DNA of 64,000 nucleotides, from assembly GCF_009914755.1 (NCBI RefSeq), contig NC_060935.1. One strand, given 5' to 3'. This document shows positions 45,560 to 57,394 of the stretch, piece after piece. Within the stretch, counting starts at the first letter, position 1; the number at the start of each line of letters is the position of its first letter. Both the position numbers and the translations under genes were made by a program. Below the pieces are notes generated by a model. The model searched no databases. It worked only from the letters and a program-made list of their open reading frames with translations, and was not told the origin of the DNA. The DNA comes from the human T2T-CHM13v2.0 reference genome, Homo sapiens.

Positions 45560-46200
45560 GTACAGCTGAGGTTCTTCAAGGCTGGGTTGTAGTCCTCTTT
45601 TTCTCCTTTGTCCAGACTCTTCTATGGAGAGTCATTCAAGTCATTATATGCTAGTATAGTAAGTGTGAACGACATACATATATCTTCAGCACCTACTTGT
45701 CTTCTGAGCTCCAGACCTACATATTCAAGTGCCTTTCTGATTTCTCTCCTTGGATGTTTCCAAAGCACATCATACTGGTCATGTCAAAAGCTAGATCAGT
45801 GACCCCTCACTGACCACTCCCCAGCCTGCTTATCCTCTTCTGTGCCCATAATGCTGAGCACCCAATGGCAAGACATGAAGCATGGCAGTCACCCTTGACC
45901 TCTTCTCCTTTAGCCGCACATTCAATTCCTTACCAAGTCATCTACGAACTAAACGTTTATTAAACATACCCATTTCTCTATACCGCAACCATAATTTTAG
46001 TCCAAGCTATAATCATTTTCTGCCTGAGATGCTGAAATGGCCATCTATATGGCCTGGTGTCCAGCATCCCCACCTGCACCAAAAGTGACCTGCTCAATAC
46101 TTAACTATGGTGACGCTGACCACGTTATTAAACATTATTCAATGGCTTCTCATTAGTTTGAGGATAAAGCTAAACATTTTTCATGTTGTCTGTGAAGCAA
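45560..46200 (+). mobile_element. L2 fragment
   Basis: tgagctccagacctacatattcaagtgcct..ctccttggatgt..ttcaatggcttctcatt. Confidence 0.7.
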
Positions 46201-46699
46201 GTAAAGGCTGACATGAACCCTCATGTAGATTCCACCGCAATGAATCCTGCACACCCCAGATGACAACTTCAGCACCAAGGCCACATGAAAATATTTGGGG
46301 CATAGAACATTTATCTTAATTGGCTATGTTAAAGGGATAAAGGAAGTCTTGGATCTTTGGGCTTCTGGCCCTTCCAATCAATAGCACATAAAATACGTAA
46401 AGCATTGCTTTTGGTTGACAGTAAGAACAATAAATCCTCAATAAATCACATTAATGAGAAGTCCTCAATTATAGAAATCAATAAGACTCTCAGAGGTAAT
46501 GCAAACATAACTCAGGAACCTGGAATAAACTGGGACATGACCATGTATTTCTATGCATACAGAAGTTATAAATATGCATGTGAACACTGGGTGGGGGTTA
46601 TCCAAAGATGGTAGGAAACTCCTGTGAATTTCAAATCCCCTAAAAATAATTTTGCTGTGAAGTCTCAACTCAGCTGATATTAATTATTTAACAGCTAAT

Positions 46700-46940
46700 T
46701 TAACATAGTGGTTAAGAACGTGACTCCGGAGCCACAGTACCCAGCTCATATTCTGACTTTACTAACTCATTCTGGTTCTCTGGGCAAATTACTTAACCCA
46801 CCTGCGCCTTGGTTTCCTAAATAATGAGAAGGATTGTAACAATAGTGCCCACTTCATTAGAGCTATTGAGATAATTAAATTATATACAAAAGACATTTAA
46901 AAGAATATCTAATATATAAGAAGCACTACATAAAATATTA
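46700..46940 (+). mobile_element. MIR
   Basis: catagtggttaagaac..ctgggcaaattacttaacc..ggtttcct. Confidence 0.8.
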
Positions 46941-46964
46941 ATATTGCCTATGTTTTTATGTGAG

Positions 46965-47095
46965 TATGGTCAGCAGCATAATGCTTCCTCAAAGGACATT
47001 CCCTGTCCCAAATCCCTAGAATCTATGAATGTGTTGCCTTGTGACAAACGGACTTTGCAGATATGATTACAGTTTAATCCCTGAGATGGGAGATA
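46965..47095 (+). mobile_element. MLT1 LTR 5' fragment
   Basis: aatccctagaatctatgaatgtgtt..ggactttgcagatatgatta..tgagatgggagat. Confidence 0.7.
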
Positions 47096-48229
47096 AGAGG
47101 TGCTGCTTATGACATAGACCTTGATGATGAGGGCTTTTAGGCCTGGCCTGGTGAATAACTACATATGCTTCTGCTCCTCCGAATGAAACTAATTTTTCTC
47201 CTCTGAGTTTGATGTGGTTTGAAGGCATTTTGGTTGAGGAAAGAGCAAGGGTCGAACCAGTAACAGGCTGGCTATGGGAGAAGCCTGTGGATGGCAGGCC
47301 AGAATTAGGGGCAGGCAAATTTAGGAGTGGAAAGTTGCTCTGGGGAAGTAATAATATTACAGAATGTTTATTTTGTGCTTATTACAGACTAGGTGCTACT
47401 CACCCCACTTAATCCTTAGAACTCGTAATTATTTCCCTAAACAGATGGAGAAACTAAGGTATGGATGGTGTCATGCACAAGGATGCGTCGCTGGTGAGTT
47501 GCAGGTTTGGTAGATCTGAGATTAAAGCCTGCACAGTCTCGTGCCAGAGCCTGCACCCTTGGCCCCACCCTACACTGCAAATTGACCTGGATTACATCAT
47601 GTGGTGTTTGAATGACAGGATTTATTGTCGAGGCAATGGGTAAGTACACAAAGGTCTGGATAGGATGTGGCCATATCAGAGATCTGCCCCAGGAAGACTG
47701 CTCTGGCATCGATGCCAAGATAGAGTCAGTGGACCAGGGGAAGCAGAGACCAGCTCAGAGCAGGATTCCCAGTGAAGGAAAGGACGAAGAGGCAAACGGG
47801 AGTCTGTGAGGGGGTGGTGATATTTGTGCTGGAAGAGGTGTCTGAGTTGCTTATCTGGGAATCACTGTAGAGAATTGTCAGGCCAAGTTTTGAATTAAGC
47901 ATAAGGAGAAATAATTTATGTAGCTATAAAAGCCCAGAGTGGGTGACTGAGTTGGTGGCTTACATGGTCTCTAAATTGAGTAATGCTATGTCAGAGACAG
48001 GAAGGCAAAGGCATCTCAGCCGTGGGATTCATCTGCAATGTCTTCTTCAAGGCGTAAATATGTTTTTATTAGCTTTATGCATATAACCATAAGGAATTAG
48101 AACATCAGAGAGAAGAAGACCCTCATAAAATTGGGATCTTTTTTAGCACAGGTGCCAGGATGTCAGGTATCAGGTCACTTTCAGATGATTCACCACAGCG
48201 TCCCTTTCCTTGCTGCTGGTGGTCACTCT

Positions 48230-48360
48230 ACACAAGGCCAGTGGGCAGGCTGAAACCACCAAGGTCAGCAACCCAGGACAGGGAAAGGCAGAAGCCTTTC
48301 TTTCCACTCTCTTTCCCAGGGTATTGGGAGAGCTAAACCATCCAGGCATTGGTCTTTCCA
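48230..48360 (-). pseudogene. Exon remnant
   Basis: Acceptor aattttctgcag|; PGWFSSP..ASAFPCPGLLTLVVSACPLALC. Confidence 0.6.
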
Positions 48361-50589
48361 CTGCAGAAAATTTTTCTTCCCCAGCCAAGGACCTTAACTA
48401 TTAGCCCAATGGGTGACTCTTGAATCTGGGACCACTAGGTCCCTCACTGCATGGAGATTAGTTATCAAAGGCACTGCTACGCTGAGCAGTCTGTTGCAGA
48501 GCTGACTTCGGTTTGATGTTAGGTCGTTTTGACTTTATCCTTAGAAACAGCTGCTGAGAGTGTCTGCCAGTGTTCTACAATGTGCCGAAGAAGCCAGCCA
48601 GCATCTTTTTACCCTGCCTGTACCTCCAAATCACTGGGGAACCTATGCCTCACCCGAGGCCGATTGACCCAGAACGGCTTTGGCTAAGACACAGGTGTTA
48701 ATAGTCTTTAAAGCACTCTTTGTGAAATCTAATTTGCATTCAGAGCTAAGAAACACTGTGCTAGATTTTTTTAAAGATGCACACAGCTATATGCCATGAT
48801 TCTTCTTCCGGTTGAAGGAGACAGAACTTGTGAACATAAGAATTATCAGCCACAGGAGGTAGCAGATGCCAAATGCTGAGCGCTATCACTAAATGCCAAT
48901 CATGAGGAGACACGAACTAATATGAGGTGATGCAGGAAGTCTTCCCAGAGGAGGTGAGACTTGTGACAGGAAGGGAAGCAGGGTTAGGACTTAAACAAAT
49001 GGAGGGGGCATCTTTGATGTCAGAATCCCAAGAGCAAATGCACCAAGGCTGTGCATGTAAGGTGAAGTGAGGAACTGACCCTCAAGCCCACCTCTGCTGG
49101 GGGAAACAAGGTGGTTCAGTGTCGTGAGTGCTTTTTCCATGCTGAGGAGACTGGGGAGATGAGACGGTCTCATTGATCTGCTAGGGATGTGTTCCTGGCT
49201 CCAGTTCCAGCTCGTAGTCCACCTCGGAAGGACTGTGGGCTTAGATCACACCCTCCCCTCCCTCCTCATGGATAGGCGAGGGCAGAGATGAGACAGAGAA
49301 GGAGGAGAGCTGAGGGGTCACCAGCAATGTCCCTGGACGGGGCCCTCAGAAAGGCGTGGCAGCCCAGGCTCGCTCAGGGAGAGCAGTGAGCGATCGTGGC
49401 CCCACAGGCTTGGAACTAATTCATCCGTGAGCCCTTCCTGTTTCCTTTAGCTGGCCGATCTTAAACTAGACCGCCACGAAATGGAGCCCTGAGACCCACT
49501 CTCGGTTTTCGGATTTGGTGAGTCTGGGGCAGCGTGGGGATGTGGACACCCAACAATCTCCCACGTGACAGTGATGCTGCGGCTGCGACCTGGCTCTGAG
49601 AGGTGCTGGGTGCATTTCATCCTGCGCGCTGAGTTCGTATTGAGGAAAGATCTTTTTGAAAGTTTCCATCTTAGCTGTGCTGAAGGAAAATGAAGACAGG
49701 GGTGTCTGCTCACACCTGGATGATCCAGAGAGAGAAAGCTGATCCCACAGTCCTGAGGGCTGGTGCAGTGGCAGCAGAGGGATAAACAGCAGGCGACTCT
49801 GTGGGTACAGAGATATGGGCTACGCGCTGGCATCATCACAGCCTGGGGTATGCGGAGCTTTGCTTCAATGATGGAAACAGTTTCCTTCCCATTGTCAGGG
49901 ATTCCAGGGAGTTTGTTGTTGTGGCCAGACATGGGGTCCTGATTAGAGAGGAGAGGGATACAAGAAGGACAGACTGAGGCAAAATTTCTAGATAGCTTTA
50001 GACTAGAAACTTAGGGGCTTAGATTTGAATAAATGTTCTAACGTTTGACGGCAGTGTGGTTTTAATCCTGTCATTTATTCTCCCTGAGCCTTGTGTCTAA
50101 TCTTTGAAATGGAGATGACAACGATGACAATGATGATGATGATGACAATGACAGCAAATAGTCGTAGCCAGCACAAACAAGAGCATGAAGCCTGCACACC
50201 CTGCAACAGGCCTGCGTCTCCTCCCAAAGCAATGCCCCAAGCACATCCTCGGACATTCCCTGTCCTGGGTGGCCGGAGGGCAAGCGAATGAGCTGTCCTC
50301 GTGATCCTGGATCCCTCCCTAGGGTACTTGGGGTGCCGCATGAGGCGGTCAGGGTGGTTGGTGTCAGGAGAAGAATGTTGAGGAACTGGTGAGGGCATGA
50401 AGGAGGAGGACAGTGGAGGAGAGAGGGCATCCTGGAGAAAGTCACCTTGGAGCTGAGATGGGAGCAAATGATGGCTTGCAAGGCAGTCAAGAGAGAAGGG
50501 CACTCTGCGTGGAGACAGTGTCATATATGACTGCATCAATATTAAAAGACCAGGAGGGCACGATCAGTGAGTGTCACAGCGTGTGTGCT

Positions 50590-53075
50590 TGCTGCTGTAA
50601 AGGAAGGGCTCTGGGTGAGTCAGGTGAGGGCCTTGCGTGCCCTGCCAGGCAGTCGTGGGTGCCGAGCAAGTATCGGCTGTTGTCCTTTATCTAAGCAGGT
50701 GCACCCTGACCATGCTAGCCTGACAGCCCCACCCCACTGCAGGATGCTTTTGCCTATTTCAGCTCCAATCTGGTCTGCGGCAGTGACCATTGTGTCCTCT
50801 GGCTGGTGCTGGAAGGTCAGGACTGATCTTTTCTAGTCTGGATGGCTGGGCCTCTCTTCTGCTGGGGTCAAGTCCCCACCTCTGAGTGTAGTGAACCAAA
50901 CATGGGTTAGTCTTCTGCAGGCCAAGGACCATACTGGGCACAGCAAGGAAGAAGAGGATGTCCAGAGCAGCCTCTCTTTCATAATCCTGTGGAAAAGACG
51001 AAGGGAAAACTGTGCTTACGTTTGTGCCACGTGCCAAACCATGGGCCAGGACATCACTGAGATTTTATTTAATGTGAAAAACAATGCTCTAAACCAGTAT
51101 CATTCTTCCTGTTTTATAGAGAAAGAAACTAAGGCTCAGGGGTGCTCCTAACCGGCCCAAGCCACGGCTGAGAGAGAGTGGGCCAGACATCTATAAAGGA
51201 CGATGATGAAAGCCAACCCAGCCCCTGTGACGCCCTTGGTTTTCATCCATGGCGTTAAAGCAAGATAAAGACCTCGCATGGGAATAAAGTTTTCTGGGCT
51301 TGTAAGGGGAAGGATGATAAATTACACTGTGGAAAACGGGGCCAGTGACTCACAGCTGGAGGTGAGCTCCGCTGCCAGCCACTTCCCTGCTGGCTCATGG
51401 CACAGAGCCCCTTCCCTCCAGGAGCAGCCTCTTGTGTATCTGACTCTGGCCTGGCCCAGCATACTGTCTACACTGCAGACAGAAAGCATGTGGCCTTAAA
51501 CCTGGCACAGAGTGAAAGCTCAATAGCCATGAGCTGTTGTTTTAAGTGAGAGTGTGAATCAGGGCAGGTTCTGTCCTTCCTGAAGCACCTTCTCTTACTT
51601 TCTGGTGCCCTTCATAAGAAACCCCCCAATTCTGGCCTCGCCCACCCTCCCACCTCGCTCCCCGTTTGTCAGGCTGAACTGCTGCCCTTCTCCACATGCC
51701 ACACTGCTCTCTTCCGTGCCTTCACTTTGTGCTCTCTGAATTCCTTTGTTCTCTAATCCATCTGACCAGCTTCTCCTCCCAGATGGCACCTCTAGCCTGG
51801 CCTCTCATTCTCTGCACTTTGTATTTCCTTCTCCCTAACACTCCTCATAGCCACAGGGATGGTTCAGGGTCCTTCTCCCCAGGGGCTAGGGCCTCCTAAA
51901 TTCAGGCTGTGTCTTGCCGAGACTCCAACCCAGTGCCCCGCAAAGCTTAAGATCCTTAGTGAATGCTCAGGAAATGTTTGCAGAAGGAAAAAATGCTTTT
52001 CTCCAGCATCAGCGTCCTTTCTTTTTTCACGTTCTGCCTTTGGCAAGCTCTCGTCCCACCACTCAACCTTCCCAGCTGGGTTTAGTCTCCCTCCTGGGCC
52101 ATGAAACCTCCTCCCCACCCTGCCCTCCTCCTGAGGGGCTGTGCACTCTTTTCTCTGAGGTTTCTGCTCCTGGTTTCTTCTGCTGGTACATCAGTTAAGT
52201 CCTTGTATTGTTTACCCTTCTGCCTCCCTGTGAGCCTGTGAAGGGCAGGGGCTGTCTTGTTCATCTTTATATGCTCAGCACAGAGCCTCCACAGGGTCGG
52301 GACTTGGGGAACACTTGCTGTTTAAATGATGGACTGGTTGAGTAAATGAAAAGCAAGTCTGCACTAGTATTTGGAATGGATGCCACTGTGGGTGTCAGGA
52401 GGAAGTGAAGTCACTTTCTCCTGTTCAGAATGAAGAGCAAACAGACCTTAAAGTCTGTGTGTGCTCCACCGTGGTGCTGGCTTTTAATATGGCACACTAA
52501 GGGAAGAGGGATGGACACGCACCAGGGCACAGCCACCCCGCCCCACGCACCTGCTGCCAGTGGAACACAGCTTCGGCACATGCTAGTAAGAGATCAGGAT
52601 ACTGCAACAGGGAAGCCCGCTCCCTTTCTTGAGGAAGTCGAGGCCTAAAGAAAATTGGAAGGAGTGTCTCCAAATAGACTTGGGAAGGCATTCCCTGGGG
52701 AGCAGAAGCCTTCTCTGAAAAGCATTGTGTGCTGAACAAGTTAAATGTATTTATTTAACTGTGCTGGCTTGCTCAACAGGTGCTGGGATGATCTAGAAGG
52801 GCTCAAGAGGCTCCCATCTCCCAAACTGAAGACCTGGCCCCTCTCCTTCAAGTTTACAGTGGCTGATGCAGCTGAGCGAGGAGCAGCTCTGGGGCCTGGG
52901 AGGGGAACATCTCACTACAGGCAACGCTGGCTCCCCACTGCTGAAGAAGCTGGAAATGGATCTCTGTGGTTTTGAGCCATTGCAGTTTCAAGTCTGCTGA
53001 TGACAGTGGCTGAACCTACACTAACACACAGAATTCTGCCAACAACAATAGCTCTGGGACAAAATACAGACTGCC
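50590..53075 (-). pseudogene. Cluster of exon remnants
   Basis: HDCLAGHARPSPDSP (~50620-50660); LCHEPAGKWLAAELTS then |gtgagt (~51355-51410); RFHGPGGRLNP (~52090); ttttctttag| ... CRSCVPLAAG|gtgcgt (~52550-52645); QSVFCPRA and DPFPASSAVGSQRCL (~52920-53070). Confidence 0.55.
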
Positions 53076-53189
53076 TTTTACTGAGACATATGTGAGGTCT
53101 GTGTGCCTGCAATAGCTTCACCTACATTCTAAGGCCTGGAAGAGCAGGGCTGTGATTTGTGCTTCAGTATTTAGGACAGCATTTGCCTT

Positions 53190-55980
53190 TTCCCCTAGTT
53201 TAGTTATGGAAGCATTTGTGTAAGTCCTGGGTTCCTTCTTCCTTAAATGTTTGAAAGGATTCACTGGAAAACCCTTTCTGGCCTGAATTTGTGTGTGTGA
53301 AGGTTTTCAATCGAGTATTTAATTTCTCTAATGCTTGTTACAAGTGATCTCTTTGTCTGATTATTCTATGTCATTCTAAAGCACAATCTTTAAAAAGTTG
53401 TGCTTTTCTGGGAATCTGTCTGTCTTATCTAATGATGCAAATTCACTGACATAAAGTTGTTCTGTTATTAGAGATTTTATGAGCTGTGTGGTCTGTACTG
53501 ATGTTGCCTTCCATGTTATCTTGGTAGCTGAAATTGTCTTTTTTCTTTTCTTTTTCAAAAAAATCAGACTCTCCAGGGGTTTATTTAATTAATTATTCAA
53601 TTAATTTGTTTTAAGAAACAACTCTTGACTTGATTGACTGTCTCTACTAAACACTTGCTTCTATTTCACTGATTTCTGCCTGTGCACTTATGTTGTTTTC
53701 TAATTCTTGTACTGAAGCACTTAGCATGGTGCCGGGTAGAGAGTAACTTAAACGTTAGCATCACCACTGTAAAGAAAAGCCTCAACTCAGGGTGTCTGTT
53801 ATAAGAGATTGTTAAACATTAGAACTTTCACAACTTCTTTGGTGATGAGGTCTCAGAAAACATTAAATCCATTTGACCCATTCAAACTTTTACTATTATC
53901 ATTATACATTAAATCCATGTATATTTGAAAGCATATGAATATATATATTTGAAAACATACAAATAAATATAAATTTATTAATATAATATGTATTTGTATT
54001 TAATATACATATATTCTTTTCATTACTTATTATTCCTTATCTTTGTGCTTCCACCTGGAGATATAATCCCTCTGCTGAAAAATCCCCTTAGTATTTTATT
54101 TACTGTAGATCTTTCAGTAGTAAATGATCTCCATTTATGTGTATGTAAAAATGTTTACTTTCACCTTCACGTCTGAAGCATTGGGCAGAAACTTCCTTTT
54201 ACTACTTTGAAGTGGTTATTCATTGCCTTCTAGCTTGTATTATTCTGCTGAAGCATTAGCTAATTGTATTATTGTTGCTTGTTTGGGAGGAAATTGCTTT
54301 TCTTTGTTTGCTCTTAAGTTCTAGTATTTGAAAGTACAATAGGAAAATTACAGCAACTATAATACAATTTTTTAGTAAATATAGTACAATTTTTCTCTTC
54401 TAGTTATTTTGAAATATATAATAAATAAGACATAATACATGTACAGAATGTGTAATGACCACATCAGCATAATCGGGATCTCCATCACCTCAGACATTTA
54501 TATTTTGTTTGTGTTGGGAACGTTACTATTTTTCTCTTCTAGTTATTTTGAATGTATAATAAATAATAATTATATATTTAAAATATTGTGTATAATAATT
54601 ATATTTGTCAAAATAACTAGAAAAGAAAAATTGAAAGTTTCCAACACGAAGAAAATGTGTCTGAGGTGATGGAGATCCCGATTACACTGATGTGGTCATT
54701 ACATGTTCTGTACGTGTATCACAACCATATGTATCCCCAAAATACGTAAAACTATATCAATAAAAATATTAAAAAACTTAAAAATAATGTTTTTTATATT
54801 TGCTTTTTAGTAATTTAGGTTTGAGGTGACTGGGTATCTTTTAAAAAATCTTTCTTGGAGTTCTTTATGCATCTCTAGCCTGCATATAAATATTTTTTAG
54901 TGGTTTTTAAGATAATTTCGGAGAATATCTCCTCATATAATATTTGTACCTCATTCTCTCTTCTTTCTGTCTCCACATGCTCACACATATACATACATAT
55001 GTGTGTATATACCTTCCCTAGTTCCCATATTATCTCCTAAGCTATGCACACACATATACATATATATACCTTCACTAGTTCCAATATTATCTCCTAAGCT
55101 AGTTTCTATATTTGCAGTCTTTTCTTCTATGTTTGAATCTGGATATATCTAAATTCAATAATAATGACTCCTCTGTGTTTTCCGTTGTATAATTTCTATT
55201 TCTTTTATAAATTCAGCTTCTCACATGAAATTCTCTACCTGGCTATCTTGTAATGTCCTGAATATGTTTGTTATTTATTTTAAATCCCATATCTGATACC
55301 TGCCAGCATCTATTTATCCAGTGGATCTCTTTCCCATGTTGGCGTTTGTCTCTCTTATTATTCTGTCATGTGATCTTGTCTCCTGATATGCTTGGTAATT
55401 ATTGATTGACTAGCAAAAATGTGTATGAAAAATCGTACAAATAATTTAAGTCTCTGGGTGATGTTTTCATCTGTGAGAGGGAAGTAATATTGGCTTCTGG
55501 CAAATTACTGTGATTAAAGGGGAAAGCCCTACTGTAATCAGAAACCAAGCCTGTGAAGCAGAACCTCGGGCTTCCTGAGGGTCTTCTCTTCCAGTCCCCT
55601 CACTCTGAGTGCAAGTTCCTTTGTGGGCCCAATGGAATGTATGGGCATTTCATGGACCATTCCATTCTGGTAAACTGTGAGCCCTCATTTTATATTCCTA
55701 TCTCCTTCAGACCTACAGAAGCTCCCTGTGTCTTCCAGACTTCCCATTGGTCACACTTCTGATCAGTTTTTCAGAAACCCAGCCCCAATTTTGGAAATGG
55801 CAATGTTGGGGAAAATCAATATTAAATGTTGTCTCTGAACCCTGTTTTTCCCTCCACCCCCAACCAGGGATCTTTTTCCCTCAATTATTCTCTGATGCTT
55901 TCGAATATTTTTTTTTCTCCTCTCCCTTCTTTATTTTAAAAAGTTTTTCTAGCCATTCTTAACAGATGGCTTGTTCTCCT
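53190..55980 (-). mobile_element. Old L1 fragments with a nested rearranged L1MA 3' end (~54325-54788)
   Basis: Antisense L1 text; L1MA 3'UTR present in both orientations. Confidence 0.7.
54436..54718. repeat. Inverted repeat (arms 54436-54551 and 54608-54718) of L1MA 3'UTR
   Basis: taatcgggatctccatcacctcagaca versus tgtctgaggtgatggagatcccgatta, extending over ~110 bp. Confidence 0.92.
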
Positions 55981-57394
55981 AAAGTTCATCTATTATTACC
56001 AGAAGCAATTGTTATTTTCTAGTCTAGACCATAAAAAAATCACAGGAATTTTGGTATTATGGAGATAATATAACAAAAAGAGTATTTCAGAAAGTCAAAC
56101 CTGGTGGTTCATTTCAGAAGGGTCACTGACAGTAAAAGCAAGTTAATAGACGGTGGCCGCAGATGGAATAACCAATGGTTCTTATTAGGTATTCAGAAGA
56201 TACGAAATGCTCAGTGGTGTATTTCTTCTCATTTTCGTGTATTTCATAAAAGGAGTTCAAAGAAACTCGAAAGCTATCATCTGGCCCTAAGCTTCCAGGG
56301 TAAAATAGGAACTATTGACTGAGAAATAGTTTGAAACTAACATTCTTGAACTATTGTTATGAACAAGAAAATATTTAATAGACTTGCATGAGGAATTAGA
56401 AAGCTTTTGTGTTTCTTTTCTAAGTCAATGTCATATTGAAGAGTAAACTAAAAGAGCCCTCTCAGTAGAATGAACATTTAAATAAGGATAAGAAGATAGA
56501 CCTTAGGTAGAGATAGATGGATGTAGACACGGACATAGTCATGGATATAGGTAATAAAGACGTAGACACAAATGTGGACATGCACGTGTGCAAACAAACA
56601 CACACACTACTACACTAGAAAGAAAGAGGGAGATTGGGGAAAGGGTCTGAGAGAACACAAAAGGAGTGGAGTCTGGAAGGATAAGTAGGAGTTACAAATG
56701 AAGAAGAAAAGCTTTCCATCTTTAACTGTGGAAAAACCTGTCAAACTCTGGTTGTAAATCCAAGTTTTCCAAATCGTTAATTTTCACTTGAAATTTCAGA
56801 TTTCTCATTGGCAACTCACACATGAGTTGTTTTCCTTGAAGTTGTGTTATTTTTTGAGAAAATATCCATTCCATGAAAAAAATAAAGTCTATGTCAGCTT
56901 GCAACGCAGACACTTGCAGGCACGGCTCTCCTTGAGACAGTCAATGCGCTTCAGCAGCCTCAGAGGGGAACTTCCCGTTTGGCCTCATGGGATGTCACAA
57001 AGTTATGCACTCAAGGAATAAAATCAATAAGTTTTACTGCTTCATCAAGGCAATTTTTAAGTGGAATTGCCCACACTTGCTGTGCATGCATGGCCCTAAG
57101 ATGATGACAGAGTATGGAGCCTCTGCCTTGATTGGTGCTGAGGCCTCAGCAGTTGTGTCTTCATTTTTGCATCATGAGTGGAAATGTCAGCACAGAATTA
57201 AGAAAACAAGTGGGTCTCATGAATCCTTCCATGGTACAGAGACCACAGTTTGAAAACCTTTGATGTGAGGCTTAAGGCGTGGGAAGAAGATTCTTCTTTC
57301 CTCCTTTTCCTGCTCCTACTGTCCCTGCTCTTCTCCTCCCACTTTGTCATCGCTCTGCCCTCCGTGGGTTTCTTTGGGGCCTGTCCTAGGAGTA

